Notes under the pieces: generated by a model | Seen by the model: only the letters and a program-made list of their open reading frames with translations | Told to the model about the DNA's origin: nothing | Databases searched by the model: none | Made by a program: the position numbers and the translations under genes | Source: a bacterium | GTDB lineage: Bacteria; Zhuqueibacterota; Zhuqueibacteria; Oceanimicrobiales; Oceanimicrobiaceae | Direction of reading: 5' to 3' | Assembly: GCA_046758365.1 (NCBI GenBank) | Contig: JBHIAC010000037.1 | Coordinates: 1-22,864 of the forward strand | Length of the DNA stretch: 22,864 bases | Part shown: piece by piece, positions 1 through 9,569 of the stretch | Position numbering within the stretch: position 1 is the first letter of the stretch | How the letters are laid out: every line of letters begins with the position of its first letter

Positions 1-35
1 TATCCGTTGGGTTTCATTAGGATTTGTAACTCTTT

Positions 36-2366
36 TCAGGATTCATAAAGAATCCCATCATCCTTGCGCATAAACAATACCGGAATACCCCAATCAATAT
101 ATCCTGCTTCCAGATTGATGAATATTTTTCGCCTCGCCTCTGATACTGCTCTATCAACCTGGAAAGTATCAGCCAAAGTGGTGTAGAATTCTTTTGAAAA
201 CAGAATGGCACTTTCATCCGAAATTTTGAATTGCATTGCGATTACGGCTGGTACACCTATTTTAACTAAGCCTTGGGCAACCCCCATTGAGATGTCGGAA
301 GCTGATGTTTCTGCTGTCTGACAAGCGTTTAATACTACTAAACGGATAGGTGTTCCCTCTAATAATTTACGCAGTCGATCAATATTTACCAACTCAGCCC
401 CTCTTTGATTATTTTCAAAAACAAGACATCCTCCCAACGACTCAGAGTAGCCCCCATGTCCGATAAAGTGAATAATATCGACCTTCCTCCGCAATTCTTT
501 GGCTAATGCTGCAAGAGTTGGCTTTTTCAAATTTTTAAGCTGAACGATACCGCGCCTTTCTAAATTTTTTAGAGACTTTTTAATTATTTTTTTTTCCTTT
601 TCAACATCTAATTTCTTAAATCGATCGTCATCAGGATTAGAAATAATTACTAATATCTTTAAAGGCGGTTTGAGAGAAACTTTTTCAACGGGTTCAGGAA
701 TTGATACAAAACGGGTAATGGATATCTTTTGATGAAGCGCTAAAAATTCATTCGTCTGTTTTTTATCATACATGTGTTCCCAGGGATAACAAGAAAGATC
801 GGGTGCGTCAAATCTAAGTTTGAGTCTTAAGGAGGCATTTTGGGCAAAGGCCATTCCAAGACTTTTGTCATATTGATCCCGAATATCGGGTTGGAAAAGG
901 GCTTCAAACAATGCGGCTCCAAACTCTTTCATCTTGCTTATATCTATGAATAGATTTTGTGCCATGTCTTCGCGAATTTTGGTGTAATAACTTTCTTCCT
1001 TAGCAAATTTTAGTTCGCAAAAATCTTCACCAGCAGGGCAATCTATAAGAAACACTGGATACGTAAGGTCTTTCTCCCTTTTGGGGCCAATTAATAAATA
1101 GTAATCAAGATATTTGATTTTTTCTTTATGGCCAATTTGGTCTTTAAGACGTATTTCAAAATACTTTTTCGATAAATAAGTACTGATTAAAAACACCAAA
1201 TAAGGTAAAATAACATAGGTCTTAATTCTGACTTTGAGTGTTATCGTAGCAACAAGAATTAATAAAAGAAAAGAAATTAAATAAATGTGCCAAGGTTTGA
1301 CTCGATCATACTTTTGAGATAAAAATATCAAACTTGCAATTCCCAGAATCATCAAAATAAAGCTGCTAACAATACTCTCAAATACGCCTTCTCTAATATT
1401 CTCATTATTCAGAAATTGACTGATGAGTGCTCCATGAATGATTAAGTTTGGATAGGATCGTAAATGGGGACCATGCATCTGCTCCTGAGAATCAAAAGAG
1501 TTTCCGATAAGTATAATCTTATCTTGAAAAATGTTACTATTATTTTCAAAAAGCTCAAAAGCCCTTGCTATTGAAAATATTTTTCCTGCAAATTTCTCCT
1601 TCAAAATAAAATTTATTAAAGTTTGCGCTTTACTGTTAATTGGAATTGGATGAGTAATCCCATTTGTGTTATTTTGAATCAATTCAATCATTTCATAAGG
1701 TTCTTTTGGAAGTGTATCTGTTCGACAACCCCAAAACTTCATAACCGTAAGTAATGGTAAGGAAGGGTACAATCGGTTATTGTAGTTAATAATCATGGGA
1801 AAGTATTGGGCTTGATGAAGGGTAATATCAGACGTTCGTATTACGTGTCCTAAATGACTGGTGACCTCGAGCAAGTCATTAAAAGGTAATGTGGCACCTT
1901 GAACGTCTGCAATATAATTCTCAGGTGATGGTTGATCAGGTACTTTGAATTGAAATCGATCAGGTATTGCAGCTTGATTATCATAATTTAAAAATTCCAC
2001 CGCATGGATAACTTTCTCAGAAGCGGTCCGAGTTGCTGCTACTAATTGTGCATTCTGTATTAAATCTCTATCAGCACTAAATAAAACGTCCAACGCAATA
2101 ACTTTAGCGCCCAGCCGATCCAATTCTGTAATCAATTGAGCGTAAACTGTTCTTTCGTATTCATTTTCTTGTTCGTCTATTATGATAAGATGTTCACTGG
2201 GTGTTGCTGTTGATGTAAATATCTGAAAATAAATGAAAGTTTCCAGGGTTTCATATAGTGCGTGTATAAATGGTATATTAATCAGGAGGGCCAATAGAAT
2301 CCAGCTTAGAATGAACAGAACAGTACCAACTCCCAGAGTTTTAAGCTTTAATTTTAATTGATTCAT
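36..2366 (-). CDS. CHASE2 sensor domain + transmembrane helices + C-terminal CHAT (caspase-like) protease domain protein
   Basis: N-terminal TM (VLFILSWILLALLI). CHASE2-type motifs LIIIDE, R..YAQLI..L...GAKVIALDVLFS, FQDKIILIG and IHGALISQFL, followed by 3 hydrophobic helices. CHAT motifs LRLKLRF..PDL..YPWE, PLKILVIISNP, IIHFIGHGG (H637), LVVLNACQT (C682), GVPAVIAMQF and DWGIPVLF. Confidence 0.88.
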   Translation of the reverse strand: MNQLKLKLKTLGVGTVLFILSWILLALLINIPFIHALYETLETFIYFQIFTSTATPSEHLIIIDEQENEYERTVYAQLITELDRLGAKVIALDVLFSADRDLIQNAQLVAATRTASEKVIHAVEFLNYDNQAAIPDRFQFKVPDQPSPENYIADVQGATLPFNDLLEVTSHLGHVIRTSDITLHQAQYFPMIINYNNRLYPSLPLLTVMKFWGCRTDTLPKEPYEMIELIQNNTNGITHPIPINSKAQTLINFILKEKFAGKIFSIARAFELFENNSNIFQDKIILIGNSFDSQEQMHGPHLRSYPNLIIHGALISQFLNNENIREGVFESIVSSFILMILGIASLIFLSQKYDRVKPWHIYLISFLLLILVATITLKVRIKTYVILPYLVFLISTYLSKKYFEIRLKDQIGHKEKIKYLDYYLLIGPKREKDLTYPVFLIDCPAGEDFCELKFAKEESYYTKIREDMAQNLFIDISKMKEFGAALFEALFQPDIRDQYDKSLGMAFAQNASLRLKLRFDAPDLSCYPWEHMYDKKQTNEFLALHQKISITRFVSIPEPVEKVSLKPPLKILVIISNPDDDRFKKLDVEKEKKIIKKSLKNLERRGIVQLKNLKKPTLAALAKELRRKVDIIHFIGHGGYSESLGGCLVFENNQRGAELVNIDRLRKLLEGTPIRLVVLNACQTAETSASDISMGVAQGLVKIGVPAVIAMQFKISDESAILFSKEFYTTLADTFQVDRAVSEARRKIFINLEAGYIDWGIPVLFMRKDDGILYES

Positions 2367-2372
2367 TTTTAC

Positions 2373-4982
2373 TCAATCTTGATAAGCCCACCAAAGAATA
2401 TAGCGTCGCTCTTCATCAGGGCCACGTTTAACAGCCGTACGTTTTATTCTTGTTCCCTTTACGGATTTATCAAAAAGATATTTTTTGGCACTGTCTTTAA
2501 TGAATTTTTTTACGGCCGAGGCTTGTTTTTTAACCCAGGATTTGAGGTCGGCTTTTTCTGCAATATATATATCTTCACCTGAAATGCCCAATAAATCCAA
2601 AGCTAAGAGTTCGTCGCCATCTAATAATTGAAATGCTAGTAAAAGATATTTCTCGGATTGTTTTTGATACTCTGAGCTGTCAGGATGCCCTATACTCCAT
2701 AATTGATATAAAATGGCTAAATTGAGAAACAAACCTGGTTCATTAGGAACCTGTTTTGTGGCCTCTAAATAGGATTCTTCTGCATCTTTAAATCTCCCAA
2801 ATATACAATCTATGTTGCCCAAATTTATGCGTGCATGAGTATTTTCCGGCTGATGTTCAAGGATATTTCGAAATTCAATTTCTGCTTTATCTATTGAATC
2901 CAGTTGAGCTAAAATAATTCCCAATTTGTTTCTCAATCTATCATCTCCGGGTCTTTTCGCTAACTCTGCTAAGAAATTTTCTATCCCATAAATCATCCTT
3001 TGCTGGTGAAGCCATAAAGCATCATTTTCAACCATCTTTTTAAGTTTTTCAGGTTCAGGTAAGTCTAAATCTGGAATCCCCTTTTGAAATTCATCCAGTA
3101 ATGCGCTTAAATATAAGCCTTCCACGTCTCTGATCATGACAACTTCAAAATCATCTCGATCTTTCCATTCTTGATAATTTTTGCCACCTTTGTACCATGC
3201 TTCTGCAAAAGAAGCCCCTACTTCTGTCACTTCCACAGGAATCCAAAGCGTTTTGTTTTTAACCACAACTAATGAATCACCCAAAGGCAGCAACCCCCAA
3301 TTCCGTTCATGAATTCCAGTATCAAACATCAACGTAATATGATCTTCAGTACTGACCAAAGCTGTTTTTATTCCAGAATTCTCCAATAGTGAGGCATAAA
3401 GTACGGTCAAATCATCACAATCTCCCTGTTTACTCGTTAACAATTCGGCCGGATATTGTATGCGGTCTACACTGTGTTGAGTTTTAGGTATTGTAGAAAA
3501 TGGATTAACTGGGTCCTCATTGTATTTGATGCCAACAACACCCAAAGCATCAAAAAGTGTAGCTGCTTTGTAAATATTCCCAAGCTCTATCTCTGGTTTA
3601 TATGGAAGGTCCTTTGTAACCTCACGGGCAAAAAGTTCCACCATTCGATCCAATTTAGTTATGAAGGCTGCTGCTTTGCTAGGATCCTCCCAGGTAATAG
3701 CTCCACGGCCAAATAACTTAAATTTTTTGTTTGCGTCAACAAATTTTTGTTCATTCTTTATTTTGTACTCTATTCTAATATTTGCTTGTCGAGTATCAGC
3801 TCCACTAATATCCATAATCTTTTTAGAAAATACTGCTGGGAAAAAAGTCCTTTTACGTTCACCCGGTCCTAATTTAAAATTTTCTTGGGTGCTGCTTTCC
3901 GTAAGACCTGGGATTGACACTTTCAAAGTCATTTGCAGTTCTTTGTCATAATCATTTCTGACGGTAACATAACCAATATGAGAGGTTGCATAAGATTTAT
4001 AAAAAGATGAATATAATGTATTTAAGCTGATGTCAGTAATTTTAACGGGCGAAGGACTTGAAGCGAACGAAAAAGAAAATAGATGGGTTGCAGAGAGCGT
4101 TGGGGGTATAGTATAAGCATAATCTAACTGCATCGATAATTTAGGAAATTTAAAGCTACCTCCAAATGAATAAGTGATACCTTCGTCTGATTGAAAATCC
4201 TTTTGAAATCCTGCACGTAAACCCAGATTGTCAATTAGCCAAAATTCAGTTCCCAGGTGAAAACGATCATCAAAATCAAATGCGAATAAAGCATCTTTCA
4301 AAGAAAACCATTTTAACGATAACTCTTCTTTCGGAATAAGTGTAAATCCAAATCGGATATTTTGATGTAAAATCTCTTCAGACACTGAGGTGTCATCAAA
4401 TTTTACATTGGTACCACCGATATCATAGGCCACCATTCCGAAGTTTATTTGCTTTAGAAATCCTGTTTTGCTTATTGGCAGGAAATAAAATGCACCCAAA
4501 TCGAACCCTAAGCCATCAGCACTACCTTCCGAACGACCGTCGAGTCTTGCATCGGTACTTAAATATTTTAAGTTCGCACCCAATAAAAGATTATCATATA
4601 CTTTGGCCCCGAAAGATAAATTAGCTTTATTGCGGAAAAATTCTAGTTCATCATCATCAAATCCCACATGAAACCATCCCAGGCCAAAAACATAGCGCGG
4701 TGTTATCGGGTACACAAGACTAAGGTATAAATTTTGCAATCCTGAGATATTATACAAATTCGCGTACATACTATTAAATTCAATTCTTTTCAGATTTGGT
4801 AATCCAGCAGGATTCCAATATACTGCGTTTCCGTCATCGGCAATAGCTACATAGGTCTCACCAAGCCCCAAAGGCCGAGCACCAACGAAAATCTGTTCTC
4901 GTGGCTGAGATTTTACATTGGAAACTAAACATATAAGCATGAAAGTTGACAAAAATACTTTCACTTTATACCCTTTCATCAT
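2373..4982 (-). CDS. PorV/PorQ-like (UPF0164-type) outer-membrane beta-barrel fused to Ig-like, transglutaminase-like (Cys-His-Glu) and TPR domains
   Basis: Signal peptide ending VKS|Q. PorV-type N-terminal motif GARPLGLGETYVAIADDGNAVYWNPAGL; amphipathic strands end at LDYAY...HLFSFSF. Then YPAELL..KQGDCDD (C522), EDHITL (H548) and WIPVEVT (E584). TPR-like NKLGIILAQLD..DKAE and NLGNI....GRFKDAEESY. SD GGAGGG upstream; the start may be the second ATG (4979). Confidence 0.8.
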   Translation of the reverse strand: MMKGYKVKVFLSTFMLICLVSNVKSQPREQIFVGARPLGLGETYVAIADDGNAVYWNPAGLPNLKRIEFNSMYANLYNISGLQNLYLSLVYPITPRYVFGLGWFHVGFDDDELEFFRNKANLSFGAKVYDNLLLGANLKYLSTDARLDGRSEGSADGLGFDLGAFYFLPISKTGFLKQINFGMVAYDIGGTNVKFDDTSVSEEILHQNIRFGFTLIPKEELSLKWFSLKDALFAFDFDDRFHLGTEFWLIDNLGLRAGFQKDFQSDEGITYSFGGSFKFPKLSMQLDYAYTIPPTLSATHLFSFSFASSPSPVKITDISLNTLYSSFYKSYATSHIGYVTVRNDYDKELQMTLKVSIPGLTESSTQENFKLGPGERKRTFFPAVFSKKIMDISGADTRQANIRIEYKIKNEQKFVDANKKFKLFGRGAITWEDPSKAAAFITKLDRMVELFAREVTKDLPYKPEIELGNIYKAATLFDALGVVGIKYNEDPVNPFSTIPKTQHSVDRIQYPAELLTSKQGDCDDLTVLYASLLENSGIKTALVSTEDHITLMFDTGIHERNWGLLPLGDSLVVVKNKTLWIPVEVTEVGASFAEAWYKGGKNYQEWKDRDDFEVVMIRDVEGLYLSALLDEFQKGIPDLDLPEPEKLKKMVENDALWLHQQRMIYGIENFLAELAKRPGDDRLRNKLGIILAQLDSIDKAEIEFRNILEHQPENTHARINLGNIDCIFGRFKDAEESYLEATKQVPNEPGLFLNLAILYQLWSIGHPDSSEYQKQSEKYLLLAFQLLDGDELLALDLLGISGEDIYIAEKADLKSWVKKQASAVKKFIKDSAKKYLFDKSVKGTRIKRTAVKRGPDEERRYILWWAYQD

Positions 4983-4992
4983 CGCCCTCCGT

Positions 4993-7900
4993 TCAATATT
5001 TATTCAAAACCACGACCGTCTTGGTCGCCATTTTCTCTTCAGCTTGAATCGTCACAATATATAAACCGCTCGTACAATAATTACCTCTTTCATCTTTCCC
5101 ATCCCAGAATACAACATTGTTCCCATGATTCATCGGTTCGCTCTCTTTTAAAACGCACACCACCCTCCCTGCCATATTGTAAACTTTTATATTAACATTA
5201 GACTCTTTACCCAACTCAAATGAGATGGCTGTTCTTGTATCATGGCCACCACCCTGAGGTGAAAAGATTCTCGGCTGGCTGCTTACATTAGCAAGCGTGC
5301 GAGCCAAACCCGTACTCTTGTCTTCCAAAATGGCGTAGTATTGACCAAGCTCCTCTATTGTGGTATTAACCAATACTGTATCCACATTTCTGTGAACAGC
5401 ACCTCCTTTTCTCATCCACATTTGAGCCTGTTCGGACCATTCGAATATCGCTAATTTCTTTTGATCTATATCTGCAAGACTATCTCCCATAACTGTTTTC
5501 ATGCGCAATGTAACAGGCTTGTTAAAACTAATTGGATTCGGAGTAAATTTATATGGATACTTCAATAATCGCAATTGAGCATCTGAAGGTTCAAATTGAT
5601 CGAGATTAGCGGTAATTTTTTGTATGATAATCGGACTGTCTTCATTTAAAGCATTGGGTGGAAACTGCATTTCTACCAGACCATCAATTGATGCGACAGC
5701 CCCACCATTGACGGTAATAATTGGAGCTGTATAAAACTGCCAGACAACATCAGAATCCAAAAGAAGCCCACCCCTTGATTGAACCGTACGGTCTATTCGA
5801 ACGGTGTAGTCAGCATTTTGCTCAAGGTCGTCTCTAGGTGTTATGAGAACTTTTCTCTCTGGCACACTGTATGTGATAATCGCTGATTCATCTTTTTCGT
5901 CTTTTTTCAGGAAAACTGTGGTTGAATCCAATGTGTTAGGATTCATGTCCTTGCTAAAAGTGGCGCTGATCTCAAAATCCAGAGGAGAAATGATTTCGCC
6001 GTCATCAGGACTTGTAGTTGTGATTTCAAGTGTCTCCACGTCTTCCGTGATAAAGTAGAATGTATAGCTTTCCGTATTGGCACGTATTCTATCCGTTGAT
6101 AAAGTGACAAGATAGAGGGCTGCCCCACTAAGATTATTTGGAATAAAACTGATATCTAATTCACCATCAATTGGACGAGGGTGATAGATAATCGTATCAT
6201 ACGGGATAGGTGTACCTGCGAGATCTCTGATTGATATACCTCGATAAGAACTATTAATGTCCAAAAGCACTTTTATCGTATCCGTAACCGAAAAACCTGC
6301 AAAACCGTTGGCAGGCTCTGTTTGAATGATATCAAAAGGAATTTCATTGTCTTCCGTAGTAAAGCTCCACACAGTGTTTGCTTTCAGCGGCAAACCGGAT
6401 TCATTTTGGAAAGCGTGACTTATGGTAACATAATAGAAGCTATTTTTCTCGAAATAGTCGCCTGGCAAATAGGTTAATGTTTGTGTGTGATAATCGTAAA
6501 CAACATTTCCAGGAACGATTTGTTGATTAGCACCCCTGACAACCAAAGTTTGCCCATCAAGTGAAACCTGATTCATTTTGCTGTTAAATTGTGCAATGAT
6601 GGGAGAATTTAAAGAGACAGTTTCCGAGTTGTTTGTGGGATATTTCAGGATTACTCTCGGTTCATCTGGCAGAGAAACAACATTCACTTGTATTGATCTT
6701 GCTGTTTCGTTATTGCTTTTATCAAATGCTTTGACATTTATTGTATATAGATCTTCCTGAAATTCTCTAACATCCAGCGAAAACAATTGTCCTTCCTGTG
6801 AATGTGATTGATGACTTTGTATCACCACTTTACCACTTATGTCAATTTCGTATCTGTCAAAATTAGTCGCATCCCATACTTTTCCGATGATTGGTACAAT
6901 GCCACCGACAATATCATGTTCTTGAGGTGAAAGTAACGAAATATGGGGTTTGTTATCGATTGTCCCTATGGGAATTTGAAAAGTCGTATAAGGACGCTGA
7001 ATTAGACCAACGAGGTCAGGATTAGAGAAAACTCTCATACGAAAGACAACGTTCGTTCCTTGGACATTATCTTCCTCTAAATCCCAGATATACATATAGC
7101 TGATGCCATCCGGATCTGTTACAAGATCTGTGATGTCATCACCTCCTTTTTGCGTTGCCTTAAACCATTGTCCCCCGCCATTTGGTGAATATTCAGCTAC
7201 AATATTACAGCGATCTTCTTCGTTGTCTACAAGTTCATATTGAAATGTAATTGTGTTGCTATTCATATCATGACTAATCTTTTTCATAGATCGAATAAAT
7301 GACCAATCATTGGGCAAGTTTCCCAATTCTGTTACATTTGTTTTATTTTTATAGACACTATTATAACCTATATTGCCGCAAGCCAAATCCAAATCACCGT
7401 CCCCGTCCATATCGCCCAAGGCGATGCTATTTATATTCATTGTGGTATCGGATGACCAGGAGGGAGTCGCCTGCAATATCCCACCATGATTTAAATAGGC
7501 TGTGCTGTACTCTTTTTTCAATGACCAGCTTCTATTTCCACACACTAGATCCAGATCACCATCTCCGTCCAAATCACCCCAGGCAATTCCTTCCGTTCTG
7601 TTGTTCAACGCAGATGACCAGGAAGGAATGATCTCCAATAACTCATCGTTGTTCAGATAGACTGTATTAGATTGCTCAAAATTTGCACAAGCTAAATCCA
7701 GGTAACCGTCCCCATCCATATCACCCCAGGCAATACTACGTGTGTCATTGTCAGTGCTCGATACCCATGTAGGCGTCGTTTGGAAAAGCCTCTTAATATT
7801 TAAATAAAGATAAATTGTGTTTGGTTGATCGTCATTTCCACAGGCGAGGTCCAGATCACCGTCCCTGTCAACATCACCCAAGGCAATGCTTTTGGTACGA

Positions 7901-9549
7901 TAGGTCGCCTCAGATAACCAGGAGGGTGTAACCTCCAAAACTCCATTATTATTAAGATAGACTGTATTCGGTTGATCGTAATTTCCACAGACTAAATCCA
8001 AATCACCATCACCATCAACATCGCCCCAAGCAATACTTTGAGTACTTTTAGCCGAATCAGATGACCAGTACGGGGCTGTATCTAGATTTCCACTGTTATT
8101 CAAATAGATTGTGTTCTGTTGATTTTCATTGCCACAGGCTAATTCTAAATAACCATCTCCGTTTAAATCACCCCAGGCAACGCTTTTAGTGTTATTAGTT
8201 GGTTGGGAAAACCAGCCAGGCATCCGTTCTAAAGTCCCATTAACATTGTGATATACTGTATTCTTATCATTTTTATTGCCACAAGCCAAATCAAGGTCTC
8301 CGTCTCCATCCATATCACCCCAGGCAATACTTTGGGTATTTTTATCCAATAATGAAGACCAGGATGGTATTTTCTCAAACAATCCCTCTGTACAGAAATA
8401 TACTCGGTTCGGTTGATTCACATTTCCATATGCCAAATCAAGATCACCGTCACCATCAACATCACCAAATGCCACGCCTGTTGTATTCATTGTTGTTTCA
8501 GAATACCAGGCAGGCTTTCTTTCCAGCATCACTCCTTTGTTCAGATAAACTGTGTTTGGCTGGTACAAATCTATGATTCCAGTGGGTCCATTACCGCAGG
8601 CAAGATCCAGGTCACCATCCCGATCAAGATCGCCTAAGGCAATGCATGTTGTATAAAATGTATCGATAGATTGCCAGGCAGGGCTTCTCTCAAACATTCC
8701 ATTTACATTGAGATAAATTGTGTTCGACTGCCCGATTGGAATGATTGATCCTCTATCTCCATTTCCACAGACCAAGTCCAAAGTGCCATCCCCATTAACA
8801 TCGCCTAATGCAATACTCTGGGTATAATTAGTTGGGATAGAGAACCACAAGGGTGCCCTCCCCCCATTCAGATAAACAGTATTGGATTGATTCCAATTTC
8901 CACAGACCAGGTCTAGATTACCATCTCCATCAACATCCCCAAGGGCAATACTTTTAGTGCTATAAGACGAATCTGATGACCAAGATGGGCCATGCTCCAA
9001 AACTCCACCGTTATTAAGATAGACTTTGTTCGGTTGATCGTAATTTCCACAGACTAAATCCAAATCACCATCAACATCAACATCGCCCCAAGCTATGCTT
9101 TGAGTACGATTGAACGGTATAGAATACCACGAAGGTGATCTCTCCAACACTCCATTGATATTGAGATAGACTGTATTTGATTGATTATAATTGCCACACG
9201 CCAGATCTAAATCGCCATCACCGTCCACATCACCGAAGGCGATACTATGAGTATCATTTGAAGGTTCTGAGGTCCAGGATGGTGTTTTTATTAATTCTCC
9301 CTTTTTATTTAGATAGATTGCGTTAGAGCCATTACTATTTCCGCAAGCCAAATCCAGATCACCATCACCATCTATATCGCCCCAGGCAATACATCGTGTA
9401 TAATCGCTCGGTAAAGAGGACCAAAAGGATAAGCTGTCTAAAGGAGCCTGGGCAAAAGTAAATTGCACACAAACAAACCAATATAAAGAGAAAACCGATG
9501 CAAATGTATAAAACAATTCGTGAAATCTTTGTCTTTGATTTGAATCCAT
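4993..9549 (-). CDS. Secreted FG-GAP/VCBS-repeat double beta-propeller protein with Ig-like (Big_5/SbsA-like) domains, ZU5-like module and FlgD-Ig/T9SS-like C-terminal domain
   Basis: Hydrophobic N-terminus ending TFA|Q. Fourteen copies of GDxDGDGDLDLxCGN (Ca-binding FG-GAP-type loops). Big_5-like units (..FSKDMNPNTLDSTTVFL..WQFYT). C-terminus PRIFSP..ISFEL..VYNMAGR..V.WDGKD..SGLYIV. Confidence 0.85.
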   Translation of the reverse strand: MDSNQRQRFHELFYTFASVFSLYWFVCVQFTFAQAPLDSLSFWSSLPSDYTRCIAWGDIDGDGDLDLACGNSNGSNAIYLNKKGELIKTPSWTSEPSNDTHSIAFGDVDGDGDLDLACGNYNQSNTVYLNINGVLERSPSWYSIPFNRTQSIAWGDVDVDGDLDLVCGNYDQPNKVYLNNGGVLEHGPSWSSDSSYSTKSIALGDVDGDGNLDLVCGNWNQSNTVYLNGGRAPLWFSIPTNYTQSIALGDVNGDGTLDLVCGNGDRGSIIPIGQSNTIYLNVNGMFERSPAWQSIDTFYTTCIALGDLDRDGDLDLACGNGPTGIIDLYQPNTVYLNKGVMLERKPAWYSETTMNTTGVAFGDVDGDGDLDLAYGNVNQPNRVYFCTEGLFEKIPSWSSLLDKNTQSIAWGDMDGDGDLDLACGNKNDKNTVYHNVNGTLERMPGWFSQPTNNTKSVAWGDLNGDGYLELACGNENQQNTIYLNNSGNLDTAPYWSSDSAKSTQSIAWGDVDGDGDLDLVCGNYDQPNTVYLNNNGVLEVTPSWLSEATYRTKSIALGDVDRDGDLDLACGNDDQPNTIYLYLNIKRLFQTTPTWVSSTDNDTRSIAWGDMDGDGYLDLACANFEQSNTVYLNNDELLEIIPSWSSALNNRTEGIAWGDLDGDGDLDLVCGNRSWSLKKEYSTAYLNHGGILQATPSWSSDTTMNINSIALGDMDGDGDLDLACGNIGYNSVYKNKTNVTELGNLPNDWSFIRSMKKISHDMNSNTITFQYELVDNEEDRCNIVAEYSPNGGGQWFKATQKGGDDITDLVTDPDGISYMYIWDLEEDNVQGTNVVFRMRVFSNPDLVGLIQRPYTTFQIPIGTIDNKPHISLLSPQEHDIVGGIVPIIGKVWDATNFDRYEIDISGKVVIQSHQSHSQEGQLFSLDVREFQEDLYTINVKAFDKSNNETARSIQVNVVSLPDEPRVILKYPTNNSETVSLNSPIIAQFNSKMNQVSLDGQTLVVRGANQQIVPGNVVYDYHTQTLTYLPGDYFEKNSFYYVTISHAFQNESGLPLKANTVWSFTTEDNEIPFDIIQTEPANGFAGFSVTDTIKVLLDINSSYRGISIRDLAGTPIPYDTIIYHPRPIDGELDISFIPNNLSGAALYLVTLSTDRIRANTESYTFYFITEDVETLEITTTSPDDGEIISPLDFEISATFSKDMNPNTLDSTTVFLKKDEKDESAIITYSVPERKVLITPRDDLEQNADYTVRIDRTVQSRGGLLLDSDVVWQFYTAPIITVNGGAVASIDGLVEMQFPPNALNEDSPIIIQKITANLDQFEPSDAQLRLLKYPYKFTPNPISFNKPVTLRMKTVMGDSLADIDQKKLAIFEWSEQAQMWMRKGGAVHRNVDTVLVNTTIEELGQYYAILEDKSTGLARTLANVSSQPRIFSPQGGGHDTRTAISFELGKESNVNIKVYNMAGRVVCVLKESEPMNHGNNVVFWDGKDERGNYCTSGLYIVTIQAEEKMATKTVVVLNKY
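7933..8045. repeat. Intragenic near-identical repeat copy A (FG-GAP repeat 10)
   Basis: 105/113 nt identical to 8995-9107 by manual alignment, including a 45-nt exact run. Confidence 0.9.
8995..9107. repeat. Intragenic near-identical repeat copy B (FG-GAP repeat 3)
   Basis: Partner of 7933-8045; the offset is 1062 nt = 354 codons, seven repeats apart. Confidence 0.9.
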
Positions 9550-9569
9550 TTTTTTATCTCAACATTTCA

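Noticed and set aside
587..595. T9 homopolymer as a phase-variation switch in the CHAT gene
   Set aside because: The frame is intact and the run is explained by Glu/Lys/Ile codons in an AT-rich gene; it cannot be supported without read data.
7933..9107. Near-identical repeat pair as a DGR template/variable repeat
   Set aside because: The eight mismatches are not adenine-specific, both copies are in-frame blades of one gene, and no reverse transcriptase is present.
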